The notes below the pieces were generated by a model, which worked only from the letters and a program-made list of their open reading frames with translations, had not been told where the DNA came from and ran no database searches. Shown piece by piece: positions 1 to 8,034 of a DNA stretch of 49,347 bases (position 1 is its first letter; each line of letters opens with the position of its first letter). Source of the stretch: Terriglobales bacterium. GTDB lineage: Bacteria; Acidobacteriota; Terriglobia; Terriglobales; Acidobacteriaceae. The stretch lies in the NCBI GenBank assembly GCA_035542595.1, contig DATKLD010000269.1, positions 1 to 49,347 on the forward strand, read 5' to 3'. A program made the position numbers and the translations under genes.

Positions 1-246
1 GCCCTGAGTTCCGGACCGCTGCTGCAGGTGGCCGACATGCCCACCAGCATCCAGAATTCGCAACTGCCTTCCGCTTCCGGCAGCCTGCCCTCGCATCGCA
101 TCATCACCATCGCCGAACTGGAGAAACAGGCGATCCTGGGCACCATCGACCAGCTCCAGGGCGATAAGCTGATGGCGGCGAAGCTGCTCGGCATCGGCAA
201 GACCACCCTCTACCGCAAGCTGAAGGAATACTCCTCCCAGGATTGA
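1..246 (+). CDS. sigma-54-dependent (NtrC/Fis-family) transcriptional activator, C-terminal fragment; the 5' end lies outside the window
   Basis: Frame 1 is open from base 1 to TGA at 244-246. The Fis-type HTH tail reads ELEKQAILGTI...AAKLLGIGKTTLYRKLKEY, typical of enhancer-binding proteins. Confidence 0.75.
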   Translation, partial: ALSSGPLLQVADMPTSIQNSQLPSASGSLPSHRIITIAELEKQAILGTIDQLQGDKLMAAKLLGIGKTTLYRKLKEYSSQD

Positions 247-348
247 ACTGGGTGCTTTCATTACGGGAAAGCGGCTTTCGGCAACCGCGCCTAAACTCTT
301 GATTTCGCAACCCGAGATCGTGGCCGGACACTTGCACCAGCCACCGGC

Positions 349-837
349 ATGATTCTGCTGATCACATCTTCGACGCGTGCTCAGGAATGCGCTGCCGCCC
401 TGGAGCGGGCGACCAGCGAACATACCCAGGTCTGTCCCAGGCTTTCGCAGGCGGCGCGCACTCTGCGCGCGACCGAGTGCAACGCCCTTGTCATCGACCA
501 GAACCTGATGGAAGCCGACCCCGCCGCTGCCGACGTGGTGCTGAAGGAAGCGGAAACGGCGATCCCGGTGTTCGTCAACTTCGCCATCTGCGGTCTGGAT
601 CGGGTGGTGCGCGATGTGCGCGCCGCCCTGCAACGTCGCCAGGAAGAGCGCATCCGCGCTGTGCGGGAGGCGGAAGCCAACCTGCGCAGCCAGTTGACGG
701 AAGCCCTGACCGGTATCCTGCTCTCCTCGCAGTTGGCCATGGAGGTACCGGCCGTCCCGGCGGCAGCGCAAGCGCGTTTGCGCTCGGTCTACCAGTTGGC
801 GATGTCCATGCGGCAGCGGCTGGAACCGGCGGCCTGA
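349..837 (+). CDS. hypothetical protein; receiver-like N-terminal half plus helical DHp-like C-terminal half
   Basis: ATG ORF of 162 aa. MILLITSS...ALVIDQNL resembles a CheY-fold beta1/beta3 pattern but lacks the N-terminal acidic pair. The C-terminal SQLTEALTGILLSSQLAM resembles a histidine-kinase dimerisation helix without the His. Confidence 0.45.
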   Translation: MILLITSSTRAQECAAALERATSEHTQVCPRLSQAARTLRATECNALVIDQNLMEADPAAADVVLKEAETAIPVFVNFAICGLDRVVRDVRAALQRRQEERIRAVREAEANLRSQLTEALTGILLSSQLAMEVPAVPAAAQARLRSVYQLAMSMRQRLEPAA

Positions 838-988
838 TCCGGGTTGGAACTCCTCCTCCGCGGACACCGGTCATTGAACCGGAAGCTCGGTTTGCAAAAC
901 GCAAGCCAGAGCGGTAATCTGCCCGCCAGTTTTCTTGTATCTGCCTCACACCCGCAACATCTAAGACATCTTCCGAGGAGGCGAACTG

Positions 989-1219
989 ATGGCCGTCAAG
1001 ATCACTGCCAGGAAAAATGGTCCGTTCCGCGTTGAAACCACCGAAGGCGAAGTCATTCTGCTCGACGCCGAAGGCGGTCAGTACGACCTGACCGGTAAGC
1101 CGGCGTTTGCGCTGTGCCGCTGCGGAGGATCGGTCACTAAACCCTTCTGTGACGGCACGCACTCCAAGATCGGCTTCCAGGCTGCCGAGCTGGCCGTGAA
1201 GAAGGCCGAGGGAGTCTGA
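989..1219 (+). CDS. CDGSH-type iron-sulfur domain protein
   Basis: Exact CDGSH signature C-x-C-x2-S-x3-P-x-C-D-G-T-H (CRCGGSVTKPFCDGTH). SD GAGGAGG lies just upstream of the ATG. Confidence 0.85.
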   Translation: MAVKITARKNGPFRVETTEGEVILLDAEGGQYDLTGKPAFALCRCGGSVTKPFCDGTHSKIGFQAAELAVKKAEGV

Positions 1220-1230
1220 AGGCCGCGCTG

Positions 1231-1659
1231 ATGAAGGACTCGTTGAAGCCGGGCATCGAGTACGAACTCCGGTACCGGGTTCCGGAGTCGAAGACTGTGC
1301 CGAATCTTTATCCCGAGGCCCCGGAATTCCAGGTGATGCCGCGGGTGTTCGCCACCGGGTTCATGGTGGGATTGATGGAATGGGCCTGCCTGCTGGCCAT
1401 CCTGCCGCACCTGGACTGGCCCGCCGAGCAAAGCGTCGGCACTCATGTGAACCTCAGCCATTCGGCGGCAACGCCGCCCGGCCTCGAAGTTCGCGCCAAG
1501 GTCAAGCTGATCAAGGTTGACGGACGGCGGCTGGTCTTCGAAGTCGAGGGCAAGGATGGCGTGGATGTCATCTGCACGGGAACGCACGAGCGCTTCATCA
1601 TCAACGCTGCAAAATTCGTCGAGAGAGTCCAAGCGAAGGCGCAGGCCGCCGGACAATAG
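1231..1659 (+). CDS. hotdog-fold thioesterase (FlK/fluoroacetyl-CoA thioesterase-like family)
   Basis: 142-aa ORF starting 12 nt after the CDGSH gene. FATGFMVGLMEWAC...THVNLSHSAATPPG...GTHERFII matches the pattern of this thioesterase family as I remember it. Confidence 0.7.
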   Translation: MKDSLKPGIEYELRYRVPESKTVPNLYPEAPEFQVMPRVFATGFMVGLMEWACLLAILPHLDWPAEQSVGTHVNLSHSAATPPGLEVRAKVKLIKVDGRRLVFEVEGKDGVDVICTGTHERFIINAAKFVERVQAKAQAAGQ

Positions 1660-1668
1660 TGCGAACTG

Positions 1669-2907
1669 TCAATGGATGGTCCTGGTCTTCCGACTCATGT
1701 AATCCATCAGCAGATACTGGCCCAGCGTGTAGGGCGTCGTGAAGTACGCTTTGCCGCGGCACATCTCCGTCACCTTCTGCACGAACTGCACCAGGCCGTA
1801 ATCCGACGCCAGCATGAAGGTGTTGATCAGCACTCCGGCGCGCTTGCACTTCGAGACTTCTTCCAGCGTCTGGCTCACCACCAGAGGATCGAGCCCGAAG
1901 GCGTTCTTGTAGATGCGGCCGTCTTCGAGGGTCAGCGCCGAGGGTTTGCCGTCGGTGATCATGACAATCTGCTTCATGTCCTTGCGCTGGCGCTGCAGGA
2001 TGCGTTGCGCCAGCCGCAGACCTTCGCGCGTGTTGGTGTAGTACGGTCCGACCTTCACCCGCGCCAACTGCGAGAGCGGCACCTCTTCGGCCGAATCGTG
2101 AAAGAGAATCAGCGAGAGCGAATCGCCTGGATACTGCGTGCGGATCAGGTGCGAGAGCGCCATGGCGACTTTCTTCGCAGGCGTGAAGCGGTCTTCGCCG
2201 TAGAGGATCATGGAGTGCGAGCAGTCGAGCATCAGCACCGTGGCGCACGACGACTGGTACTCGCACTGGTGGATCTGCAGGTCGGAGTATTCGATGTTCA
2301 GCGGCAGCTTCAGCCCTTCGCGCTGGATGGCGCTCGATAGAGTGGCGGTGATATCCAGGTTGAGCGTGTCGCCGAACTGGTAACGCCTGGAGGCCCCGCT
2401 CGCCTCGATGCCGGTGGCGAGGTCGCGCGTGTCATGGCGCCCGAAGCTCGACTTGCCCAGCGATCCCAGCAGGTCGCGCAGGGCCTTGAACCCGAGGAAG
2501 TCGAGGCTCTTGTCGGTGATCTCGAATTTCACCTGCGCCTGCGGCTTGCCCGTCTGGCCGGGAGTGACCGATTGCTTCGCCGGATCGTGCGGCTGGGCGA
2601 TGGAGATGTAATTCTCCTGCTCCATGCGCTCGATCAGCTTCTGGATGAGCTCGTCGAGCGAGCCGTCGTTGCGCATCTGCTCGAGCTGCTCCTGCATCTG
2701 CTCATCGAGCAGATCGCCATTCATCAGCGCTTCTTCAATCGCCTGCCGCAGTTGCTCGAGCGTCTGCTCGTCCGGCATCTCGTAAAACGCGTACTGGCTC
2801 TGGAAGCCGCTCTGCAGCAGGAAGTCGGAGAGCGCCTGCAGCAGGTCTTCCATGCTCATCTGCGAGGCCGGGTCGGCGACGAATTTGGAGTACTTGATGA
2901 ATTTCAT
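1669..2907 (-). CDS. VWA (von Willebrand factor A, CoxE-like) domain protein
   Basis: 412-aa ORF. The MIDAS-like DCSHSM motif (D-x-S-x-S) is followed by ITDG. It lies immediately downstream of a BchI-like AAA gene on the same strand. Confidence 0.8.
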   Translation of the reverse strand: MKFIKYSKFVADPASQMSMEDLLQALSDFLLQSGFQSQYAFYEMPDEQTLEQLRQAIEEALMNGDLLDEQMQEQLEQMRNDGSLDELIQKLIERMEQENYISIAQPHDPAKQSVTPGQTGKPQAQVKFEITDKSLDFLGFKALRDLLGSLGKSSFGRHDTRDLATGIEASGASRRYQFGDTLNLDITATLSSAIQREGLKLPLNIEYSDLQIHQCEYQSSCATVLMLDCSHSMILYGEDRFTPAKKVAMALSHLIRTQYPGDSLSLILFHDSAEEVPLSQLARVKVGPYYTNTREGLRLAQRILQRQRKDMKQIVMITDGKPSALTLEDGRIYKNAFGLDPLVVSQTLEEVSKCKRAGVLINTFMLASDYGLVQFVQKVTEMCRGKAYFTTPYTLGQYLLMDYMSRKTRTIH

Positions 2908-2980
2908 GGACTAGTGCCGAGTACCCAGTACCGAGTACCAAGTCTCCGGCCCCTACTCCCTACTCGCTATTTCCTACTCC
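2908..2980 (-). repeat. intercistronic spacer made of ten in-phase 7-nt units forming two opposed arms (periodic palindrome, element A)
   Basis: Plus strand reads ctagtgc cgagtac ccagtac cgagtac caagtct ccggccc ctactcc ctactcg ctatttc ctactcc. GAGTA cores (2919-2923, 2933-2937) are complementary to TACTC cores (2975-2979, 2961-2965). Confidence 0.7.
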
Positions 2981-4471
2981 CTAGTTATACGGTCTTCTTG
3001 GCGGCCGCGGCGCTGGCGGTTCCTCGCGTCCGTACGCCGGCTCGCGGCGGACCGGCTTCTCGCCTGCGCTGAAGACGCGCTCCTCGCTGCGCCCGATGCG
3101 CTTGTGAGCATAGAGGCCCTCGAGCACGAACTCGGCCGCGGACACCTGCAGCTCGGTGGCATCTTTGGGCTTCACTCCCAGCCGCTCCATCTTCTCCGGC
3201 AGGCCCTGGATCTTCTTTAGTCCTTCCGACAACTCCGCCGCGGGCGCGCCTTCGCCGAACTTGATCTCGCCGCCCAGGTCGAACCACTGCACGATCTGCT
3301 GCATGTCCACGCCCTCGAAGTAGGCATCGAAGGTTTTAGCGACGGCAGTGCGGATCAATTCGCGCGCGACGAAATCGGCGCCCCGCATCTCGCCTTCGTA
3401 TTCCAGCTCGAGCTTGCCGGTGATGGCCGGCATGGCGGAGTAGATGTCGCCCACGCGCGGCACGATGGTCTCCTCCTGGTTGCGGATAGCGCGCCGCTCG
3501 GCATTGGAGATGACGTTCTCCATGCAGGTGATGGGCAGCCGCTGGCTCACGCCAGAGCGCTTGTCGATCTTCTTGTCGTCGCGGGCGGCGAAGGCGATGC
3601 GCTCCACCACCTCGCGCACGAACTTCGGCACGACCAGCTTGTGGCCGTTGCGCTGGCTCCACGCTTCCTGCGCCGTGATGGCCATGCCTTCATCAATACT
3701 CGCAGGATAGTGAGTGCGGATCTCCGAGCCGATTCGGTCCTTGAGCGGGGTGATGATCTTGCCGCGCGCCGTGTAGTCCTCGGGATTGGCGGTGAACACC
3801 AGGGCCACATCCAGCGGCAGGCGGACAGGATAGCCCTTAATCTGCACATCGCCTTCCTGCATGATGTTGAACAGTCCCACCTGGATCTTGCCGGCGAGAT
3901 CGGGCAGCTCGTTGATGGCGAAGATGCCGCGGTTGGCGCGCGGCAGCAGGCCGTAATGGATGGTGAGTTCGCTGGAGAGCTGGTGCCCGCCGCGCGCGGC
4001 CTTGATGGGATCGATGTCGCCGATCAGGTCGGCGATGGTCACGTCGGGCGTGGCCAGCTTCTCCACATAGCGGTCCTCAGGCGTGAGGTAGGCGATCCGG
4101 GTCTGGTCGCCGCGTTCGCCGAGCAACTCGCGGCAACCGGCGCAGATGGGAGCGTAAGGATTGTCGTGGATCTCGCAGCCCTCGATGTAAGGCAGCGCGC
4201 GGTCGAGCAGCGAGGTGAGCGCCCGCAGGATGCGGCTCTTGGCCTGGCCGCGCAGCCCCAGCAGGATGAAGTTGTGCCGCGACAGCACGGCGTTGACGAT
4301 CTGCGGCACCACGGTGTCGTCATAGCCCACGATGCCCGGGAACAGCGCCTCGCGCCGGCGCAGCTTGCAGATCAAATTCTCGCGCATCTCGTCCTTCACG
4401 CGACGTCGGCGCAGGCGTTCTTCAGAAAAGTCACTGCCTCGGAGTTCCCCGAGGGTCCGCGGAAGATTCAT
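2981..4471 (-). CDS. AAA+ ATPase, Mg-chelatase subunit I (BchI/ChlI)-like, with non-canonical Walker motifs
   Basis: 496-aa ORF. ANRGIFAINELPDL...VFTANPED parallels BchI ANRGILYIDEVNLL...NPEE. The P-loop-like GLRGQAKS has Ala before Lys, and the Walker B-like AINE has Asn in place of Asp. Confidence 0.8.
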   Translation of the reverse strand: MNLPRTLGELRGSDFSEERLRRRRVKDEMRENLICKLRRREALFPGIVGYDDTVVPQIVNAVLSRHNFILLGLRGQAKSRILRALTSLLDRALPYIEGCEIHDNPYAPICAGCRELLGERGDQTRIAYLTPEDRYVEKLATPDVTIADLIGDIDPIKAARGGHQLSSELTIHYGLLPRANRGIFAINELPDLAGKIQVGLFNIMQEGDVQIKGYPVRLPLDVALVFTANPEDYTARGKIITPLKDRIGSEIRTHYPASIDEGMAITAQEAWSQRNGHKLVVPKFVREVVERIAFAARDDKKIDKRSGVSQRLPITCMENVISNAERRAIRNQEETIVPRVGDIYSAMPAITGKLELEYEGEMRGADFVARELIRTAVAKTFDAYFEGVDMQQIVQWFDLGGEIKFGEGAPAAELSEGLKKIQGLPEKMERLGVKPKDATELQVSAAEFVLEGLYAHKRIGRSEERVFSAGEKPVRREPAYGREEPPAPRPPRRPYN

Positions 4472-4607
4472 CAGGATAAGGCCCCCTTCTCCACTGCAGT
4501 CGATTATACGCCGCGCCGCAAAATGGATTTTCCTGGCGAATCGCAGAGGAGGATAGTGCCGGTTTCAGATTGGACGCGGGTTTGGGACGTTTAGTTGCAA
4601 TAAGGTC

Positions 4608-5216
4608 TCAAATAGCGTGCCCGTTCCCGCCGGCCTTCTTCCGGGCTTTCACCGCGCGGCGCATGCGGGGAAGCAACGCTTCGTAATATTTCACGACGGC
4701 CCCAATGCGTTCGCGCTCCGAACGCATGCCCAGGAGCGCTTGCTTGAAATCGAGGTCGAGCGGCATGGGGGCGGCGAGCTGGAAGGAAAGCTGCGGCGTC
4801 TCTGCTTCCGGCGCTTCCGCGTCGGCGTCCAGCAGGCGAATCAGATCGAGGTATAGGCGCAGGGCCTCGTTCACCTGATCGGACGGATCGCTTCCCGGAT
4901 CGTCGTCGAAGTACGTGACTTCCGCCTGCAGGAACGCGCGCTCCTCGTTCAGCCCCATCACCTCGAAGCGGCGGCGGCCTTCACAGACGATGTCCAGGCG
5001 CCCGTCGTCGTAGCGCTTGGTGACATCCAGGATTTCGGCGGTGCAGCCGATCTCGGCGATGCCGTCCTCTTTGGCGCGCACGACGCCAAACGCCGTCTTC
5101 TGCGCCATGCATTCGCCGATCATCTCCTTGTAGCGGGGCTCGAAGATGTGCAGCGGGATCGGCGTGCCGGGCAGCAGGACGACATCCAGCGGAAACAAGG
5201 GCAGCAGCGCGGCCAT
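4608..5216 (-). CDS. LON N-terminal (substrate-binding) domain-only protein
   Basis: LPLFPLDVVLLPGTPIPLHIFEPRYKEMI is the classic Lon N-domain start. I start it at the internal ATG 5214-5216 (MAALLPLFPL) because the longer ORF would overlap the divergent SDR gene. Confidence 0.75.
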   Translation of the reverse strand: MAALLPLFPLDVVLLPGTPIPLHIFEPRYKEMIGECMAQKTAFGVVRAKEDGIAEIGCTAEILDVTKRYDDGRLDIVCEGRRRFEVMGLNEERAFLQAEVTYFDDDPGSDPSDQVNEALRLYLDLIRLLDADAEAPEAETPQLSFQLAAPMPLDLDFKQALLGMRSERERIGAVVKYYEALLPRMRRAVKARKKAGGNGHAI

Positions 5217-5272
5217 GGACGGATTGTAACCTCCCCTTGACTTGGGTACTGTAACCAAATACAAGCACCAGC

Positions 5273-6097
5273 ATGGACCCACGGGGAAAGGTGGTTGTGG
5301 TCACCGGCGCGTCGATGGGCATCGGCGAGGCGCTGGCGCGAGCATTCCTGCGCGAGGATTGCAAGGTGGTACTGTCGTCGCGTGATCCGGCGCGGCTGGA
5401 GGCGGCGCGCGCGCGTGTGGGCTCGCCGGACCGCACGGTCGCCATCGCCTGTGACGTCCGCAACCGCGAGGAGATCGACCGTCTCCTCAGCCTCACGCTG
5501 CACAACTTCGGCCGCGTCGACATCTGGATCAACAACGCCGGCCACGGCCTGCTGGACTCGGTTGCCTCCATGGACATCAAAGCCTGCCGCGAGATGTTCG
5601 ACACCAACCTGTTCGGCGCCATCGAGTGCATGCAGGCGGTGATTCCGGTGATGAAGCGCCAGGGCGAGGGCATGATCATCAACGTCTCCAGCGTCGCCGG
5701 CCACATCCCGCTGCCGTATTCGGCTGCGTACTGCGCCACCAAGTTCGCCATGAACGCCATCGGCAAGGCCGCGCGCATGGAGCTGCGGGCCAGCGGCGTG
5801 CACGTGATGACGGTCTGCCCCGGCACCATCGCCACCAGCTTCCAGGCCAATGCCGTGAAGGGCAAAGAGCGGAAGCGCATCGGCGGCGCGGACCGCGATC
5901 CCGGCATCAGCGCCGAGCGCGTCGCCGCCGCGGTGGTCAACGCCTGCCGTCCGGAGAAGCGGGAAGTCATCGTGCCCTGGCAGCACCACATCAGCGTCAA
6001 GTTCTACCAGCTCTTCCCGTGGCTGGTGGAGTGGGTGGTCGCGCGCGCCATCGGTCCCGCCGATCGCGCGGCCGCCGAGGCGCAACGCCAGCCCTGA
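5273..6097 (+). CDS. SDR-family short-chain dehydrogenase/reductase
   Basis: TGASMGIG cofactor motif, NNAG, and catalytic YxxxK (YCATK). Confidence 0.9.
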   Translation: MDPRGKVVVVTGASMGIGEALARAFLREDCKVVLSSRDPARLEAARARVGSPDRTVAIACDVRNREEIDRLLSLTLHNFGRVDIWINNAGHGLLDSVASMDIKACREMFDTNLFGAIECMQAVIPVMKRQGEGMIINVSSVAGHIPLPYSAAYCATKFAMNAIGKAARMELRASGVHVMTVCPGTIATSFQANAVKGKERKRIGGADRDPGISAERVAAAVVNACRPEKREVIVPWQHHISVKFYQLFPWLVEWVVARAIGPADRAAAEAQRQP

Positions 6098-6100
6098 CGC

Positions 6101-6592
6101 CTAGCGGATCTGCTCCAGTTGCGCCAGGTGGTTCAGGTCATGTCCGGCGAGCAGCTTGAGGATCGTCTCCACCGACTCGTTGCCGCGTTCAGGATGAAAC
6201 GCCACGCGTGCCAGGTCTTCTGCGTTTAGCGTCCGCCAGAACGAAAGGTTCCACGCGCGCAACGGGACAAACGCCTTCACCGCCGCCGCGGGGTCCTGCC
6301 GCGCGTAGTTCCGCGCCCAGATATCCTGGTCCCAAGGCTGGATTCGATGGTTCGGCTCTGCCACGCACTGGCGTGTCCGAAAACCGATCGCCAGTTCGGC
6401 GTCGGCCAGATGGCAGAAGATCTGGCCTGCGGTCCACTTGCCCGGGCCATAGCTCTTCTTCAATCCCTGCGGTCCGAGCCGATCGAAGTGCTGCTGCAGT
6501 TTCGCAGGAGTAGATTCCAGAATACCGAAGAACGGCTCGTCGCCAAGCAGTTCCAGGATTCGCGACGTGTACGGATTGGTTGCGGTTGCCAT
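6101..6592 (-). CDS. DinB-family (four-helix bundle) protein
   Basis: His-containing helices HLADAEL and GHDLNHLAQLEQI. Start set at the internal ATG 6590-6592 (MATATNPY); the N-terminal extension in the ORF track looks non-coding. Confidence 0.7.
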   Translation of the reverse strand: MATATNPYTSRILELLGDEPFFGILESTPAKLQQHFDRLGPQGLKKSYGPGKWTAGQIFCHLADAELAIGFRTRQCVAEPNHRIQPWDQDIWARNYARQDPAAAVKAFVPLRAWNLSFWRTLNAEDLARVAFHPERGNESVETILKLLAGHDLNHLAQLEQIR

Positions 6593-6632
6593 GTCCGATG
6601 GATGTTTCGGCCACGGCCTGCGACTCGCGAAA

Positions 6633-6941
6633 TTACCGCAACTCCGCGAGCAGTCCCTGCATTTCTTCCTGTGCGTGCTTGTTGCCGGCTCGCCCAGCCG
6701 TGGCAATGCCGGCTTCCAGCATCTGGCGCGCTTCCTCGTTGCGACCGGCGGCAGAGAGCATCTGTCCCGCCATCTGGTATCCGGCGATGTAGTTTGGATG
6801 CAGTTCCAGCAGTTTCTTGAACTCGGCGAGGGCGGCCTCGATCTCGCCCGCGCGCGAGTACTCCATCGCCAGACCGTAGCGCGCGAAGGCGTCGTTCGGG
6901 TTCTGCTCCAGGACTTGCTTCAGTATCTCGGCGCGATCCAT
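6633..6941 (-). CDS. tetratricopeptide-repeat protein (small)
   Basis: 102 aa with two or three TPR-like units (NDAFARYGLAMEYSRAGEIEAALAEFKKLLELHPNYIAGY). Confidence 0.7.
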   Translation of the reverse strand: MDRAEILKQVLEQNPNDAFARYGLAMEYSRAGEIEAALAEFKKLLELHPNYIAGYQMAGQMLSAAGRNEEARQMLEAGIATAGRAGNKHAQEEMQGLLAELR

Positions 6942-7046
6942 TTCGCCTCTTCGAAGAGCCTACAGATTTGCACGTCCGCGCCGCGGAAGTAAAGCTGGAC
7001 GGCGAAATCAGCGCGCCGCTAAAATGCTCGCCTGTGTCGAGTCTAG

Positions 7047-7080
7047 TGCTGGCAACTAGCAACTGCCCCCTGGCAACTGT
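7047..7080 (+). repeat. 7-nt periodic direct repeats (TGGCAAC / TAGCAAC / TGGCAAC) abutting the ATG at 7083
   Basis: ctagtgc tggcaac tagcaac tgccccc tggcaac tgtc. All units are in one 7-nt register and no opposing arm was found. Confidence 0.55.
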
Positions 7081-7082
7081 CT

Positions 7083-7574
7083 ATGGCTTGCCCATACTTC
7101 ATCCCCACGCAAAAATTCGAAGAAGGCGCCTGGCTGCACCGGTCACGCCTGCCGCTGGGCGACGGCTGGCGCGGGCTGTGCACCGCTTCCGTCGCGGGGC
7201 AAGTCGTGCCTTCCGACGACGAGCTGCGCCAATACTGCAACCTGGGATATGCAGCCCAGTGCCGGCGGCTTCCCGCCGAGCGCCGGTTCGACGCGGTGCG
7301 ATTTTCCGTCGCGCGCGACCGCGACCAGCGCATCGAGATCTGCTACGTGCTCGAGGCCGGACATCGTCCCGGCACGCACGGCGTGCTCGCCTACGATGCC
7401 GCGGCGGGACGCTGGGCCGCGGCGCATCCCGATCCCCGCATCCAGGCCATGGCCGCCTGCTATCTCCAATCCTATTTCGAGCGCCGGCCGAACGGATCGC
7501 GCCACGTGATCAAGCATGAGCCCGAACGACCTCACTCCCCGTCCGGTCAAGGATTCGCAGTCGGAGATGGCTGA
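7083..7574 (+). CDS. hypothetical Cys-containing protein (N-terminus MACPYFIP)
   Basis: 163-aa ATG ORF with Cys at positions 3, 33, 52 and 60. Its 3' end overlaps the next gene. No family recognised. Confidence 0.5.
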   Translation: MACPYFIPTQKFEEGAWLHRSRLPLGDGWRGLCTASVAGQVVPSDDELRQYCNLGYAAQCRRLPAERRFDAVRFSVARDRDQRIEICYVLEAGHRPGTHGVLAYDAAAGRWAAAHPDPRIQAMAACYLQSYFERRPNGSRHVIKHEPERPHSPSGQGFAVGDG

Positions 7575-8019
7575 AGTCGTGCTGCCTAACGACGCCAATC
7601 CACTGGGCAACCTGCTGGGTGGCCGCCTGATGCACCTCATCGACATCGCCGGCGCCATGGCCGCGCACCGCCACTCGCGCAGCCCCGTCGTTACCGCCTC
7701 CACCGACCATCTCGATTTCCTCGCTCCGGTGAAGGTGGGCGACCTGCTGATCCTGCGCTCCTCGGTCAACCGCGCCTTCCGCACCTCCATGGAAGTCGGG
7801 GTGAAGTGCTGGGTGGAGAGCTATACCACCGGCGAGCGACGCCACGTCAGCTCTGCCTACCTGACCTACGTAGCCATAGACCGGCAGGGCAACCGCGTGC
7901 CGGTGCCGCCTATTGTCCCCGAGACCGCGGACGAGAAGCGCCGCTACGAGGGCGCCGGCCGCCGCCGCGAACTGCGCCGCGCGGAACTCGAACGCAGGAA
8001 AAAGGCGCGCGGGGAGTAG
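7516..8019 (+). CDS. acyl-CoA thioesterase (hotdog fold, YciA-like)
   Basis: VLPNDANPLGNLLGGRLMHLIDIAGAMAA...ASTDHLDFLAPVKVGD is the typical acyl-CoA hydrolase core. The start is ambiguous between ATG 7516 and ATG 7567. Confidence 0.8.
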   Translation: MSPNDLTPRPVKDSQSEMAEVVLPNDANPLGNLLGGRLMHLIDIAGAMAAHRHSRSPVVTASTDHLDFLAPVKVGDLLILRSSVNRAFRTSMEVGVKCWVESYTTGERRHVSSAYLTYVAIDRQGNRVPVPPIVPETADEKRRYEGAGRRRELRRAELERRKKARGE

Positions 8020-8034
8020 GCGGGCTGTCAACCT

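Noticed and set aside
7047-7075. A possible sigma-54 promoter (TGGCAAC...TGC), considered because the window starts with a sigma-54 activator
   Set aside because: The GG-to-GC spacing does not fit the -24/-12 geometry. The GC dinucleotide falls 2 nt too far downstream, and there is no TTGC element.
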